A stretch of DNA of 32,000 nucleotides from Candidatus Omnitrophota bacterium (lineage in GTDB: Bacteria; Omnitrophota; Gorgyraeia; 2-01-FULL-45-10). Of the stretch, positions 22,465-32,000 are shown piece after piece. The notes beneath the pieces were generated by a model that ran no database searches, was not told the DNA's origin, and saw only the letters and a list, made by a program, of their open reading frames with translations. A program made the translations under genes and the position numbers. The stretch covers positions 239,789 to 271,788 of the forward strand of contig JAMWCX010000001.1 of assembly GCA_023818895.1 (NCBI GenBank). The letters are read 5' to 3'. How positions within the stretch are numbered: the stretch's first letter is position 1; the number at the start of each line of letters is the position of its first letter.

Positions 22465-23206
22465 TCAAGTATAGCCCCTTTAGGGTAAGATCTTCATCGA
22501 CCGTCTGAATAGTTGTCGCGTAGCTGCTGATGAGCGACGCATCCCCTCCTGTCGCAATAACCTTGGGCCGCTTGCAGAACATCTTAACATATCGCGATAT
22601 AAGGCCGTCGCACATCGCGCCGAACCCGAAAAGTATCCCGCCTCTAATACTGCTTACCGTATCCTTCCCTATGACGGATGAAACCGCTTTAAGTTCCACT
22701 CTTGGCAAAAGCGCCGTTTTCCTATGCAGGCTCGAAAGCGACATCTCGATACCGGGAAGGATGAGGCCTCCGAGATAATCTCCCCTGGGGGAAACGATAT
22801 CAAAAGTTATGGCCGTGCCAAAATCAACTATGACTGCCGGAACACCGTAAAGCCTTTTTGCCGCATAGGCATTGACCAGCCGGTCCTGACCGACCTCGCT
22901 TTTGATTTTATAACAATTTCTTATCGGAACGCGAATGTCTCTGCCAACTATCCTGACATGGGGCGTAAAAAACCTGTTCAGTTCCACAAGAAACCGAGAT
23001 AGCGCCAGCGGCACAACACTCGAGATTATTATGCCGGAGACATCCTCTCTTGTTGCGCCTGCCGCCCTAATAAGCCTCTCCAAATGACGCTTGTAAATAC
23101 CAGTTGAATGCGTGGGTGTCTTGGCCTTGCAGGCAAGATATCCCTTTTTGAATATACCGGTAGTTATGTTTGTATTGCCTATATCAACGGTCAAAAGATT
23201 CTTCAT
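22448..23206 (-). CDS. coaX: Type III pantothenate kinase
   Basis: 252 aa with LLTVDIGNTNITTGIF, GQDRLVNAYAA, VIVDFGTAITFD and ATGGDA. The ATG overlaps the birA stop (ATGA). Confidence 0.92.
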   Translation of the reverse strand: MKNLLTVDIGNTNITTGIFKKGYLACKAKTPTHSTGIYKRHLERLIRAAGATREDVSGIIISSVVPLALSRFLVELNRFFTPHVRIVGRDIRVPIRNCYKIKSEVGQDRLVNAYAAKRLYGVPAVIVDFGTAITFDIVSPRGDYLGGLILPGIEMSLSSLHRKTALLPRVELKAVSSVIGKDTVSSIRGGILFGFGAMCDGLISRYVKMFCKRPKVIATGGDASLISSYATTIQTVDEDLTLKGLYLIDSAT

Positions 23207-24180
23207 CGCACCATCACCACATCGCCTGATGAAACCTTCTGCAGCATGCCGGAGTTTAGCCTAATGACGAGGCTTCCATCAGAGTCGATATCGTGCACAA
23301 GGCCGTCAAACGTCCTGTTGGGAAGAACCACCTTTATTTGCGCACCCACCATGGCCGACATAGTCTTCCATTCCTCTATTATCGGACCAAACCCTTTTTC
23401 CCTAAGCATAATGTAGTGCTCCTCGAGGGCCTCCAGAACTTTTCTGGCCAACTCGACACGGGACACGTTCTCGGCCATACCTCTGGCGCGAAGTTCCTGG
23501 CGGAGTGAGCTGGCGCCTTTCGGAAGGTTTTTGATGGGGGTATTGACGTTTATGCCGATACCAACTATCAAAAAGACTATCGAATCTTGCTCGGCTTTCA
23601 TTTCGGTAAGGATGCCGCAGACTTTGTTATCATTTATCAGTATATCGTTAGGCCACTTTATCATGGCGTCGAGACCTGTCAGTTGTCTTATAGCCTTAGC
23701 CACCGCCACCGCCGCCAGAAGCGTTATCTTGGGTATCTCGGCGGGCGCCATCTCTGGTCTCAATACGCAGGACATATATATACCTCCTTTCGGAGGAGAA
23801 ACCCATACGCGGCCCTGTCTGCCTTTACCCTTAAGCTGCTCATCAGCCAGTATTACCGAGCCTTCCTTAATCCCTTTTTCAGCCAGCGCGTAGGCGATAT
23901 CATTGGTAGAGTCAACTTTCTTATAGGAGATCACTTCTCTGCCCAGGACCGTCGTCTTAAGCCCCCATTTTATTTCAGAAGGAATCAGGCTGTCAGGTAT
24001 GGAAATTAGCCGATAACCGAGATGAGGTGATGCCTCAATGTCATAACCTTCATGCCTGAGCTTTTCCATGTGTTTCCATATCGCCGCTCTTGATATACCG
24101 GCAATCTTGCACAGCTCTTCGCCGGATACGTATGAATCTTTGCCGCCGCGTAAGACCTCGAGTATTTTCTCATCTATCAT
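23203..24180 (-). CDS. birA: Bifunctional biotin-[acetyl-CoA-carboxylase] ligase / biotin operon repressor
   Basis: 325 aa with an N-terminal winged HTH ([30 protein letters not shown]), the BPL core [13 protein letters not shown] and [19 protein letters not shown], and a C-terminal SH3-like domain. birA-coaX adjacency is a common arrangement. Confidence 0.92.
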   Translation of the reverse strand: MIDEKILEVLRGGKDSYVSGEELCKIAGISRAAIWKHMEKLRHEGYDIEASPHLGYRLISIPDSLIPSEIKWGLKTTVLGREVISYKKVDSTNDIAYALAEKGIKEGSVILADEQLKGKGRQGRVWVSPPKGGIYMSCVLRPEMAPAEIPKITLLAAVAVAKAIRQLTGLDAMIKWPNDILINDNKVCGILTEMKAEQDSIVFLIVGIGINVNTPIKNLPKGASSLRQELRARGMAENVSRVELARKVLEALEEHYIMLREKGFGPIIEEWKTMSAMVGAQIKVVLPNRTFDGLVHDIDSDGSLVIRLNSGMLQKVSSGDVVMVR

Positions 24181-26183
24181 TTTACGCCTCTTGCCTGGCT
24201 TTTTTCGGAACCTATCCTGTATTTCGATTTGAGCTCTTTTATTTGATCGCGCAATACCGCCGCTCGCTCAAACTGCAGATTACGCGCCGCCACCTCCATG
24301 TCATGCTGCAGATCGCTTATGAGGACGGATACATCATACTGATCCTCTGTCTCCTCCACAACGCTGGCGATGACTTTCCTGGCCTTCTTATATGATTCGA
24401 TGCCGTCTTTTATGGCCTTCTCGATTGAGCGTGGTTCAATATGATGTTTTCTGTTAAATTCGGTCTGTATCTTGCGCCTCCTGTTCGACTCATCGATGGC
24501 GTTGCGCATCGAATCAGTCATGTTATCGGCGTACATGATGACAAGACCATTCAGGTGCCGGGCGGCCCGGCCCGCTACCTGTATCAGGCTAGTCTCGCTC
24601 CTTAAGAATCCTTCCTTGTCTGCGTCCAGTATGGCTACGAGCGACACTTCAGGAAGGTCGAGCCCTTCTCTGAGAAGGTTTATTCCTACCAAGCAGTCGA
24701 ACTTATTGAGCCTGAGATCTCGCAATATCTCGACCCTCTCTATAGCATCTATTTCTGAGTGTAAGTATTTGACTTTTAAGTTAAAATCCCTAAGATATGT
24801 GGTAAGGTCTTCGGCCAGCCTCTTTGTAAGGGTCGTGACAAGCACTCTCTCCTTTTTTAACGCTCTGTTTCTTATCTCCTCTATCAAGTCATCGATCTGA
24901 TTTTTTGTAGGTCGTACCTCGATAGGCGGATCGACAAGACCGGTCGGTCTTATTATCTGCTCGACCACCCTGTTTGCGGACTTTCGTATCTCGTAGTCAG
25001 CGGGCGTAGCCGACACGAATATGGCCGTAGTAACAAGCTCTTCAAACTCATCGAACTTGAGGGGCCTGTTATCCAGCGCAGAGGGCAATCTGAAGCCGTA
25101 TTCGACGAGCGTCTGTTTTCTAGCGCGGTCACCGTTATACATACCCCTGATCTGAGGTATGGTAACATGTGACTCGTCTATGAAGACCAAAAAGTCCTTC
25201 GGGAAATAATCTATAAGGCACCACGGCCTGGAACCGGCTGGCCTTCCGGACAGGTGCCTTGAGTAATTCTCGATGCCACTACAGTAGCCTATCTCACGCA
25301 TCATCTCTATATCGTATCTGGTCCTCGACTCAAGCCTCTGCGCTTCCACAAGTTTATTCATCGCCTTCAATTCCGCAACCCGCTGATCCAACTCCTCTTC
25401 TATCGATCTTATAGCGGCTTCTATCCTGTCAGGGGTTGTGACAAAATGCTTGGCCGGGTATATGCTTATCTTCTTTACCTCTTTTATAGTATTTCCTGTT
25501 AGAGGGTCTATCTCGTATATGCGCTCTATGCGATCGCCGAACTGTTCAATCCTGTAAGCTGTTTTTGTGTACGCGGGAAACACATCCACGGTGTCGCCCC
25601 TTACCCTGAAGGTAGAGCGCTTAAAGTCGTAATCATTACGCTCGTAATGTATAGAGACAAGTTTTTTCAACACATCGTCACGCGAGAGCTTCTGGCCCTC
25701 TTCGAGAAATAACAGCATCTCGCCGTATTCTTCGGGTGATCCCAGGCCGTATATACATGAGACGCTGGCGACGATGATCACGTCGTCACGCGACATGAGC
25801 GAACTGGTCGCCGAAAGGCGCAAACGGTCTATATCCTCGTTTATCGAAGAGTCTTTTTCTATATAAAAATCGGTCTGCGGGATATAAGCTTCTGGCTGGT
25901 AGTAATCGTAGTAGCTTACAAAATACTCCACGGCGTTTTCCGGGAAGAATTCTTTAAACTCACTATATAGCTGGGCAGCAAGTGTCTTATTATGGGATAT
26001 GACGAGAGTGGTTCTGCCTGAGTTCGCGATGACATTTGCCATAGTGAACGTTTTACCCGAACCAGTAACGCCGAGGAGCGTTTGGTAGTTATGGCCGGCT
26101 TTCAAGCCTTCAGTAAGTTTTTTGATCGCTTCGGGCTGGTCTCCTTCCGGCTTGAAATTGCTCACCAGTTTGAACTTTGCCAT
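24177..26183 (-). CDS. uvrB: Excinuclease ABC subunit B
   Basis: [12 protein letters not shown], helicase motifs, a beta-hairpin region and a C-terminal UVR domain ([15 protein letters not shown]). The ORF-track start (TTG 26210) was trimmed to ATG 26183 ([17 protein letters not shown]), which lies 1 nt after the nadC stop (TGAtATG). Confidence 0.97.
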   Translation of the reverse strand: MAKFKLVSNFKPEGDQPEAIKKLTEGLKAGHNYQTLLGVTGSGKTFTMANVIANSGRTTLVISHNKTLAAQLYSEFKEFFPENAVEYFVSYYDYYQPEAYIPQTDFYIEKDSSINEDIDRLRLSATSSLMSRDDVIIVASVSCIYGLGSPEEYGEMLLFLEEGQKLSRDDVLKKLVSIHYERNDYDFKRSTFRVRGDTVDVFPAYTKTAYRIEQFGDRIERIYEIDPLTGNTIKEVKKISIYPAKHFVTTPDRIEAAIRSIEEELDQRVAELKAMNKLVEAQRLESRTRYDIEMMREIGYCSGIENYSRHLSGRPAGSRPWCLIDYFPKDFLVFIDESHVTIPQIRGMYNGDRARKQTLVEYGFRLPSALDNRPLKFDEFEELVTTAIFVSATPADYEIRKSANRVVEQIIRPTGLVDPPIEVRPTKNQIDDLIEEIRNRALKKERVLVTTLTKRLAEDLTTYLRDFNLKVKYLHSEIDAIERVEILRDLRLNKFDCLVGINLLREGLDLPEVSLVAILDADKEGFLRSETSLIQVAGRAARHLNGLVIMYADNMTDSMRNAIDESNRRRKIQTEFNRKHHIEPRSIEKAIKDGIESYKKARKVIASVVEETEDQYDVSVLISDLQHDMEVAARNLQFERAAVLRDQIKELKSKYRIGSEKSQARGVK

Positions 26184-26184
26184 A

Positions 26185-27060
26185 TCAGGCGATTTCCAGC
26201 GAGATATCAATAGCTCTCACGGAGGATGTGAGCGAGCCGCATGAGATCATGTCTACTCCTGTTTTCGCGTACTCCTCCGCGTTTTCCGCATTTATTCCGC
26301 CCGAGGCCTCCAGAAGAGGTTTGTGCTTTGCAAGGTTTCTTATCTCGACGCAGGCCCTTATCTCCTTCGGACTCATGTTATCAAGCATTATCACATCCGG
26401 TTTGCCGGCGAGCGCATCGTCAAACTCCGCGAGACTGGCGACCTCTATCTCGATGATAGTACCCCTTCGATTCTTTTTCCGTGCCTCTTCAACAAGCTTT
26501 TTGAGTAAACCATTCCGCTGAGTTGCCGAGGCTGTAAGCAGGCGGCTTTTGATATGATTGTCTTTTATGAGGACTTGGTCATATAACCCCATACGGTGAT
26601 TAGCGCCGCCTCCTACCAACACGGCGTATTTTTCCAGATAGCGCAAAAGAGGGATCGTCTTGCGCGTATCCATAATCTTAACTCCGTAAGGCCTTACTAT
26701 ATCGGCAATCTTCTTGGTCTGAGTGGCAATCCCGCTCAATAATGAGACAAAATTAAGCATCGTTCGTTCTGCCCTGAGTATTGGAGCGGTATGTCCCTCG
26801 AGAAAGGCTACCTCCATGCCGCTTCCTACGGATGCGCCTTCGTCGCAGTTGGGGCGAAAACGAACGCTGTAGTCTATCTGCGCCATGGCCCATTCTGCTA
26901 TCTTAAGCCCGCAGACGACACAGTCCTCCTTAACCACAATGCTTGCGCGCGAGCTGGCAAGCTTATCGATGAGGCTCTGGGTGGTTATGTCGCCCGCCCC
27001 TATATCCTCTTTTAAGGCCGCCTTAATTATCGGCAGCACCCGTTCCTTGTCCAGATTCAT
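26185..27060 (-). CDS. nadC: Nicotinate-nucleotide pyrophosphorylase (carboxylating), quinolinate phosphoribosyltransferase
   Basis: The QPRTase pattern is present ([20 protein letters not shown]...SGIAT, DTRKT.P..R.LEKYAV..GG..NHR.GL.D..LIKDNH, IEIEV, MLDN, ASGGI). I trimmed the start to ATG 27060 (MNLDKERV...), which has GAGGAGG 4-5 nt upstream. Confidence 0.92.
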   Translation of the reverse strand: MNLDKERVLPIIKAALKEDIGAGDITTQSLIDKLASSRASIVVKEDCVVCGLKIAEWAMAQIDYSVRFRPNCDEGASVGSGMEVAFLEGHTAPILRAERTMLNFVSLLSGIATQTKKIADIVRPYGVKIMDTRKTIPLLRYLEKYAVLVGGGANHRMGLYDQVLIKDNHIKSRLLTASATQRNGLLKKLVEEARKKNRRGTIIEIEVASLAEFDDALAGKPDVIMLDNMSPKEIRACVEIRNLAKHKPLLEASGGINAENAEEYAKTGVDMISCGSLTSSVRAIDISLEIA

Positions 27061-27067
27061 AACCTCC

Positions 27068-27355
27068 TCACCAGACCTCGTTCGCATCATCGCTAGGCAC
27101 CACATTCGGCATACCGGTCTGTTGATCGTAGCTCTGGCCTGGATCCATGGTCCCGATGCGACTTATGCCTGGGCCTTCGTTATCCCGAAGCGGCCTCGCC
27201 TGACGGGGTTTAAAAAAATTAATACCAAATAAGCCACTATCCCGCTGGTCCGCCACCTCACCGGACGGACGATCTGCTTTTTCATCCTCCGCAAGACACA
27301 GATTCGAAGCCATCAAAAATATCAAAGCGGTCATCAACAAAAAATAACGTCTCAT
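27068..27355 (-). CDS. Hypothetical small secreted protein (signal peptide + acidic, Pro/Gly/Asp-rich probably disordered region)
   Basis: 95-aa ORF. MRRYFLLMTALIFLMASNLCLAEDE looks like a Sec signal. The remainder is low-complexity. I recognise no family. Confidence 0.55.
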   Translation of the reverse strand: MRRYFLLMTALIFLMASNLCLAEDEKADRPSGEVADQRDSGLFGINFFKPRQARPLRDNEGPGISRIGTMDPGQSYDQQTGMPNVVPSDDANEVW

Positions 27356-27369
27356 GATCCTCCTCCTTT

Positions 27370-30105
27370 TTATACACAGATCTCTTTAAGGTTTTCCCTG
27401 ACCTTCTCCAACTGCATCTGGAGCTCGTCTTTTCGTTCGCGCTGCTTCCGAACAACATCCTCAGGCGCCTTTGAAAGAAAACTTTTATCCGCAAGACGGC
27501 TTGTTAGCCCTTTCATCTCGTTTTCTAAGCGCAAGACTTCCTTTTCCAGTCGCGCCCTCTCCTTCTGAAAATCTATCAAACCCTCCAGCGGCATATAAAT
27601 CTCCGCGCTCCCGACCACCGCGACCGCGGCGTTTCGAGGCTTTGCGTATCTACCCACCTTAAAGTCGGCTAATCTTGCCATCTGCTTTATAAACCCGCTG
27701 TTATCGCGCAAGATTTTCTCATCCGGACCTTCCTGAACATTGACCATCGCCTCTATCCTGACCTTTGGTTCAATGCTCCAGAACGCCCGCATATTCCTTA
27801 CCGCTGTCACTATATGCGTCAAAAGGGTCATCTGGCGTTCCGCCTCACGCGATATCATCTCTTTTTGGACATGCGGCCAAGGCTGAACCATTATAGATTC
27901 TCCCGCCGCGTCTACGGAGCGTGGCAATTTCTGCCATATCTCTTCAGTGATGAAAGGCATGAAAGGATGAAGCATGTGCAGAGTCTTTTCCAGCACCTTG
28001 TAAAGGATTATCTGGGAGGTTTTCTCTGATATGGTCGATTTGGCGATCTCTATGTACCAGTCGCAAAACTCATGCCACACAAATTCGTATATCGAATTCG
28101 CGGCCTCGTTGAACTTAAACTCGTCCAGACAACGGCCCACATACGCCAATGTAGAGTAAAATCGCGAAAGTATCCATCTCTCCGGCAAGGTAAGTTCGGT
28201 TTTCTTGAAGAAAGCACAGAGATCGACACCGACATCTTCCGGCTTAAGGTTTGCCAATATGAAACGTGAGGCGTTCCATATCTTGTTGGCGAAGTTTCTT
28301 CCCAGCTCGAATTTCGATTCAGAAAGAAAAACATCCTGTCCCTGCGCTGTTATGGATATTATGCTGAAACGCAAAGCGTCAGTCCCGTATTTCGATATCA
28401 TCTCTAAAGGATCTATGATGTTTCCCAGGGACTTTGACATCTTGGTCCCCGTAATATCGCGAACGGTACCGTGTATATACACACTCTTGAAAGGTATGTC
28501 GCCCCTGAACTCAAGGCCCGCCATTATCATCCTGGCCACCCAGAAGAATATAATCTCTTGGGCCGTCACCAACGAATCGGTTGGATAGAAATATTTTAAT
28601 TCCGGCGTTTCTTTAGGCCATCCGAATGTCGAAAACGGCCACAACCAGGAAGAGAACCAAGTGTCGAGCACATCTGGGTCCTGCTCGATTTCGGCTGACC
28701 CGCAAGTCGGGCACGTCTGGGGCCTCGTTTTCGAAACGATAATGCCTTCCTTGCCGTTTATTGCCGGCCCTCGGCCGTCTAATGCTCCGCTGTTTTTATA
28801 GCATTTTTTACAATAATACACCGGAATCCTGTGTCCCCACCATATCTGCCGTGATATGCACCAGTCCCTGATATTTTCCATCCAATCGAGATACACCTTT
28901 GTCCATCGCGCGGGGTAGAACTTTATACGGCCTTTCCTTACAACATCGATGGCCGGCTTGGCGAGAGGTTTCATTTTAACAAACCACTGAGGGCACAGCC
29001 GCGGTTCCACCATAGTGTGACAGCGGTAGCAGTGGCCAACCGCGTGCCGGTGCGGCTCCGCTTTTATGAAAAGGCCGCGCTCTTTTAGATCCTCCAGTAT
29101 CGCTTCCCTCGCCTCAAAACGGTCCATTCCCTCGTAATCCTCGCCGCGGGCGTTGATCGTAGCATCGTCGTTCATGACATTTATCTGTTCCAAACCGTAT
29201 TTCAAACCCAATTCAAAGTCTACGGGATCATGCGCAGGGGTCACTTTAAGAGCGCCTGTCCCGAATTTCATATCGACCAGTGAGTCAAATATGACCCTCA
29301 GCTCCCGGTTTAGGATCGGCAGTATAAGAGATTTACCTTTGAGGCCCTTGTATCTTTTGTCCTTTGGATTGACTGCCACAGCAACGTCTCCCAACATCGT
29401 CTCAGGTCTTGTGGTAGCTATCACTACGTGATCTTCCTCTGTTGTCTTGCCGGCTGAGCCTTTCGCCTTTTTCCTCTCGCCCGCCTTGATAGGATATTTA
29501 ATATAATATAGCATCCCATCAACATCCTTGTGCTGCGACTCCTCATCAGAAAGCGCCGTCTGACATCGCGGGCACCAGTTGATTATGTAGTTTCCTCGGT
29601 AAATAAGCCCTTTCTTGTAAAGGCGAACGAATACCTCCAGGACGGCATCCGAAAGCCCTTCGTCCATAGTAAACCTTATCCGCTGCCAGTCACAGGAACA
29701 TCCCAATTTTTTAAGTTGCCTTATAATGGTCGAGCCATATTCCTCGCGCCATTTCCACACTTCCTCCACGAACTTATCGCGGCCTATCTCTTGGCGCTTG
29801 ATACCATCTTTTGCCAGCTTCCTCTCGACAACGTTCTGCGTGGCTATACCGGCATGATCTGTGCCGGGCATCCATTCCGTCTCAAAACCCTGCATGCGTT
29901 TGAAGCGTATAAGGATATCCTGTATAGTATTGTTGAGGGCATGCCCCATATGTAGAATGCCAGTAATGTTAGGAGGCGGTATGACTATTGAATAAGGCTT
30001 TTTAAGGGGATTCGGCTCGGCATGAAAGTACCCTTTTTCTTCCCAAACCTTGTAGATGGCGTCCTCTACCTGATGAGGATCATATGTTTTGGCCAGCTCG
30101 ATCAT
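27370..30105 (-). CDS. valS: Valine--tRNA ligase
   Basis: 911 aa with PPPNITGILHMGHALN (HIGH), a CP1 editing domain, KMSKSLGN and a C-terminal coiled coil. The ATG overlaps the cupin stop (ATGA). Confidence 0.97.
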   Translation of the reverse strand: MIELAKTYDPHQVEDAIYKVWEEKGYFHAEPNPLKKPYSIVIPPPNITGILHMGHALNNTIQDILIRFKRMQGFETEWMPGTDHAGIATQNVVERKLAKDGIKRQEIGRDKFVEEVWKWREEYGSTIIRQLKKLGCSCDWQRIRFTMDEGLSDAVLEVFVRLYKKGLIYRGNYIINWCPRCQTALSDEESQHKDVDGMLYYIKYPIKAGERKKAKGSAGKTTEEDHVVIATTRPETMLGDVAVAVNPKDKRYKGLKGKSLILPILNRELRVIFDSLVDMKFGTGALKVTPAHDPVDFELGLKYGLEQINVMNDDATINARGEDYEGMDRFEAREAILEDLKERGLFIKAEPHRHAVGHCYRCHTMVEPRLCPQWFVKMKPLAKPAIDVVRKGRIKFYPARWTKVYLDWMENIRDWCISRQIWWGHRIPVYYCKKCYKNSGALDGRGPAINGKEGIIVSKTRPQTCPTCGSAEIEQDPDVLDTWFSSWLWPFSTFGWPKETPELKYFYPTDSLVTAQEIIFFWVARMIMAGLEFRGDIPFKSVYIHGTVRDITGTKMSKSLGNIIDPLEMISKYGTDALRFSIISITAQGQDVFLSESKFELGRNFANKIWNASRFILANLKPEDVGVDLCAFFKKTELTLPERWILSRFYSTLAYVGRCLDEFKFNEAANSIYEFVWHEFCDWYIEIAKSTISEKTSQIILYKVLEKTLHMLHPFMPFITEEIWQKLPRSVDAAGESIMVQPWPHVQKEMISREAERQMTLLTHIVTAVRNMRAFWSIEPKVRIEAMVNVQEGPDEKILRDNSGFIKQMARLADFKVGRYAKPRNAAVAVVGSAEIYMPLEGLIDFQKERARLEKEVLRLENEMKGLTSRLADKSFLSKAPEDVVRKQRERKDELQMQLEKVRENLKEICV

Positions 30106-30371
30106 TTGAAATTATAGTGTTTTTTTACCGGCTCCTTTACATCCCAGGTGCAGGCAAGGCCTTTCGGGAATGTCACGAAATCGCCTTTGCCAAAAGTGAC
30201 GGATCTTCCGTCCCTGGTCTCGACAGTAACTTTGCCATTAAGAAAATAACACTGTTCCTGCGAATCGTACTGCCAGTCGAAACGAGATACCTCTTTTTCC
30301 CAAATGGGCCATGAGAATACGCCCATCTTTTTTAGCTCCGCGTCGCTAAGTCTCTCTATCTTAATATCCAT
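30102..30371 (-). CDS. Small cupin (DUF861 / EutQ-like cupin_3) protein
   Basis: 89 aa. WPIWEKEVSRFDWQYDSQEQCYFLNGKVTVETRDGRSVTFGKGDFVTFPKGLACTWDV matches the single-domain cupin_3 pattern. Confidence 0.7.
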   Translation of the reverse strand: MDIKIERLSDAELKKMGVFSWPIWEKEVSRFDWQYDSQEQCYFLNGKVTVETRDGRSVTFGKGDFVTFPKGLACTWDVKEPVKKHYNFK

Positions 30372-30382
30372 AGCACCCTCCC

Positions 30383-30808
30383 CTACTGTGCCGACATGGC
30401 GTATTTCGCAAGAAGCGCCATCGCCTTTTCATTATCGCTTGTCTGCAACACCATACGTCCGCCGCCGACCCCAGATGGCGAAGTGATATAAAAGTATCTT
30501 ATATCTATACGCGCTTTCTTAAGTTCAGTTGTAACGACTTTAAGCGCGCCGGGCTTGTTCTCAAGCTCAACCATCACAACCTCGGTTTCCTTAACTGACT
30601 TATATCCCTTTTTCTTGAGCTCGCTTACGATCGCCAGGTTGGCGTTCGTTACCAGCATGAGCTTCGCAGTATTACCTGCTTCATAACCCAGCGCCGATTC
30701 TATGTTCACCCCGCGGTTTGCCAGCATTCCCGCTATATCTGCCATAAGCCCTATCTTGTTCTTTGCCGCGATAACTATCTCTTCGCCCAGAGCAACACCC
30801 TTTATCAT
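30383..30808 (-). CDS. Stand-alone tandem ACT domain protein (paralog of 12597-13007)
   Basis: 141 aa, colinear with the other ACT protein: MIKGVALGEEIVIAAKNKIGLMADIAGMLANRGVNIE versus MIKGASLGKEIVVTTENKIGVLANISKILADHGINIE, and VVMVELENKPGALKVVTTELKKARIDIRYFY versus VVIVDLENKAGALKSITAMMAAEKIDIRYIY. The ATG overlaps the cimA stop (ATGA). Confidence 0.75.
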   Translation of the reverse strand: MIKGVALGEEIVIAAKNKIGLMADIAGMLANRGVNIESALGYEAGNTAKLMLVTNANLAIVSELKKKGYKSVKETEVVMVELENKPGALKVVTTELKKARIDIRYFYITSPSGVGGGRMVLQTSDNEKAMALLAKYAMSAQ

Positions 30809-32000
30809 AAGCGTCTTGCCTCCTGATTTTTGGAATCTTTCAAGAGCTTATACTCCACCGAATCGACCAGAGCCTGCCACGAGGCGTCTATGATGTTCTC
30901 TGAAACACCCATCGTCCACCACGAATCGTCTTTGTCCTGCGACTGTATGAGGACTCTCACGCGCGCAGCGGTGCCTTCCTTTTCGTCAAGCACACGCACC
31001 TTGTAATCAGTAAGATGCATCTCGTCCAGAGTCGGGTAGAATTTCTTCAGCGCCTTGCGAAGGGCGCTGTCCAGCGCATTAACAGGGCCATCGCCTAAAG
31101 AAGCGGTATGCTCAAGCTCCTTACCAACCTTTAGCTTGATTGTCGCTTCAGATGAGGTCTTGCCGCCCTTGCGTTTCTCGATAATAACCCTAAAGTCCTC
31201 GAGCTCAAAAAAGTCGGTGAATTTCTTCATCATCCGCTTTATAAGTAGCTCAAGAGACGCCTCGGCAGACTCAAAATGATATCCCTTGTGTTCCATCTCC
31301 TGCAGGGCCTTGAGTATCTTTGTGGATTTCCCCTTGTCCTTGCCCAGATCGATATCTATCTCCTCGGCCTTTTTAAGTATCGTTGACCTTCCGGAAAGCT
31401 CTGAGATAAGAAGCCTTCTTTTGTTCCCAACGGCGTGAGGGTCGGTATGTTCGTACGTCTTCGGATTTTTTAGAATGGCGTTCACATGCACGCCGGCCTT
31501 GTGAGCAAAAGCGCTGTTTCCAACGAAAGGCTGGTGGTCGTCGAGCCGCATATTGCATATTTCTGCTACGTAGCGCGCGGCCTCCGAAAGCGTCTTGAGC
31601 TGCAGATCAGATATGCAGTCAAGCCCCATCTTGAGTTTAAGATTGGCTATGATGGATACCAAATTGGCATTGCCGCACCGCTCGCCATAACCATTCATGG
31701 TTCCCTGGACATGCACACAACCGGCTTGGACCGCGGCGATAGAATTAGCGACCGCCATCTCGCAATCATTATGGGCATGTATGCCGAGCGGCGTCTTGAC
31801 GGTTGTCCGTAATTCCTCGATGATCTCAAAGACCTGCGATGTCATGGTGCCGCCGTTGGTATCGCACAAGACTATTCTTTCGGCGCCAGCGGATTCAGCG
31901 GCCTTTATGCATCTTATGGCATAATCCTTATTGCCTTTGTAGCCGTCAAAGAAGTGCTCGGCATCGAAAAATACGACCTTCCCTCTCGATCGAAGAAATC
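30805..32000 (-). CDS. cimA: (R)-citramalate synthase / 2-isopropylmalate synthase family enzyme (CimA-like); N-terminus beyond the window end
   Basis: The frame is open to base 32000: my translation upstream of the ORF-track start reads ...FLRSRGKVVFFDAEHFFDGYKGNKDYAIRCIKAAESAGAERIVLCDTNGG, so the track's TTG start is internal. It has GIHAHNDCEMAVANSIAAVQAG, a GYHFESAEASLELL linker and a C-terminal LeuA-dimer-type regulatory domain. Confidence 0.85.
   Translation of the reverse strand, partial: FLRSRGKVVFFDAEHFFDGYKGNKDYAIRCIKAAESAGAERIVLCDTNGGTMTSQVFEIIEELRTTVKTPLGIHAHNDCEMAVANSIAAVQAGCVHVQGTMNGYGERCGNANLVSIIANLKLKMGLDCISDLQLKTLSEAARYVAEICNMRLDDHQPFVGNSAFAHKAGVHVNAILKNPKTYEHTDPHAVGNKRRLLISELSGRSTILKKAEEIDIDLGKDKGKSTKILKALQEMEHKGYHFESAEASLELLIKRMMKKFTDFFELEDFRVIIEKRKGGKTSSEATIKLKVGKELEHTASLGDGPVNALDSALRKALKKFYPTLDEMHLTDYKVRVLDEKEGTAARVRVLIQSQDKDDSWWTMGVSENIIDASWQALVDSVEYKLLKDSKNQEARRL

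Noticed and set aside
26184-26210. N-terminal extensions of ORF-track models (uvrB from TTG 26210, nadC from 27105, maf from 20186, Eda-like from 15583, flavoprotein from 21390, cimA 'start' at TTG 31869)
   Set aside because: The longest-ORF starts create large same-strand overlaps and non-homologous N-termini. Internal ATG/TTG starts sit right after the upstream stop and/or behind good SDs and give family-typical N-termini. For cimA the frame simply continues to the window edge.
1-32000. Search for CRISPR arrays, tRNA/rRNA genes, transposases, integrases, phage genes, T-box or riboswitch leaders (valS, nadC, cimA) and a BirA operator
   Set aside because: I saw no regularly spaced direct repeats. 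The intergenic gaps are too short for tRNAs or known riboswitches (the largest are 230, 119, 89 and 69 bp and are otherwise explained). valS, nadC and the ACT copy after cimA have no leaders because they overlap upstream genes. The single GTTTACA at 13120-13126 has no inverted partner at BirA-operator spacing.

Overview
This is a very gene-dense bacterial chromosomal segment. All 35 CDS I can support are on the minus strand. Two are truncated at the window edges, and two are sub-60-aa genes missing from the ORF track: rpsU and a 19-aa Cys/Lys micropeptide. All longer plus-strand ORFs in the track look like antisense shadows. I found no rRNA, tRNA, CRISPR array, transposase, integrase or prophage signature. 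Intergenic space is tiny, with six ATGA start/stop overlaps, one TGATG overlap and two stop-1nt-ATG junctions, so most genes appear translationally coupled in long polycistrons. I see only one clear intrinsic terminator (16859-16893) and a few sigma70-like promoters. The backbone is housekeeping: partial M16 peptidase, rpsU, glgP, dinB, pgi, maf, efp, coaX, birA, uvrB, nadC, valS and partial cimA. The parts worth a second look are listed here. (1) A REC-GGDDF protein carries a C-terminal MshEN-like c-di-GMP-receptor motif pair and sits next to NrnA. (2) A DEDDh exonuclease-WYL fusion ends an unassigned ykgJ / DRE-TIM aldolase / KDPG-aldolase-like / OCD operon and lies just upstream of ACT-dinB. 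(3) An orphan beta-hairpin repeat protein is coupled to pgi. (4) A self-contained micropeptide gene has its own promoter, RBS and terminator. (5) A nucleotidyltransferase has its catalytic Asp pair replaced by Asn. (6) An Hsp20 carries a signal peptide. (7) An EF-P has a non-canonical loop tip. All family calls come from motif recognition by eye; no database search or structure prediction was run.
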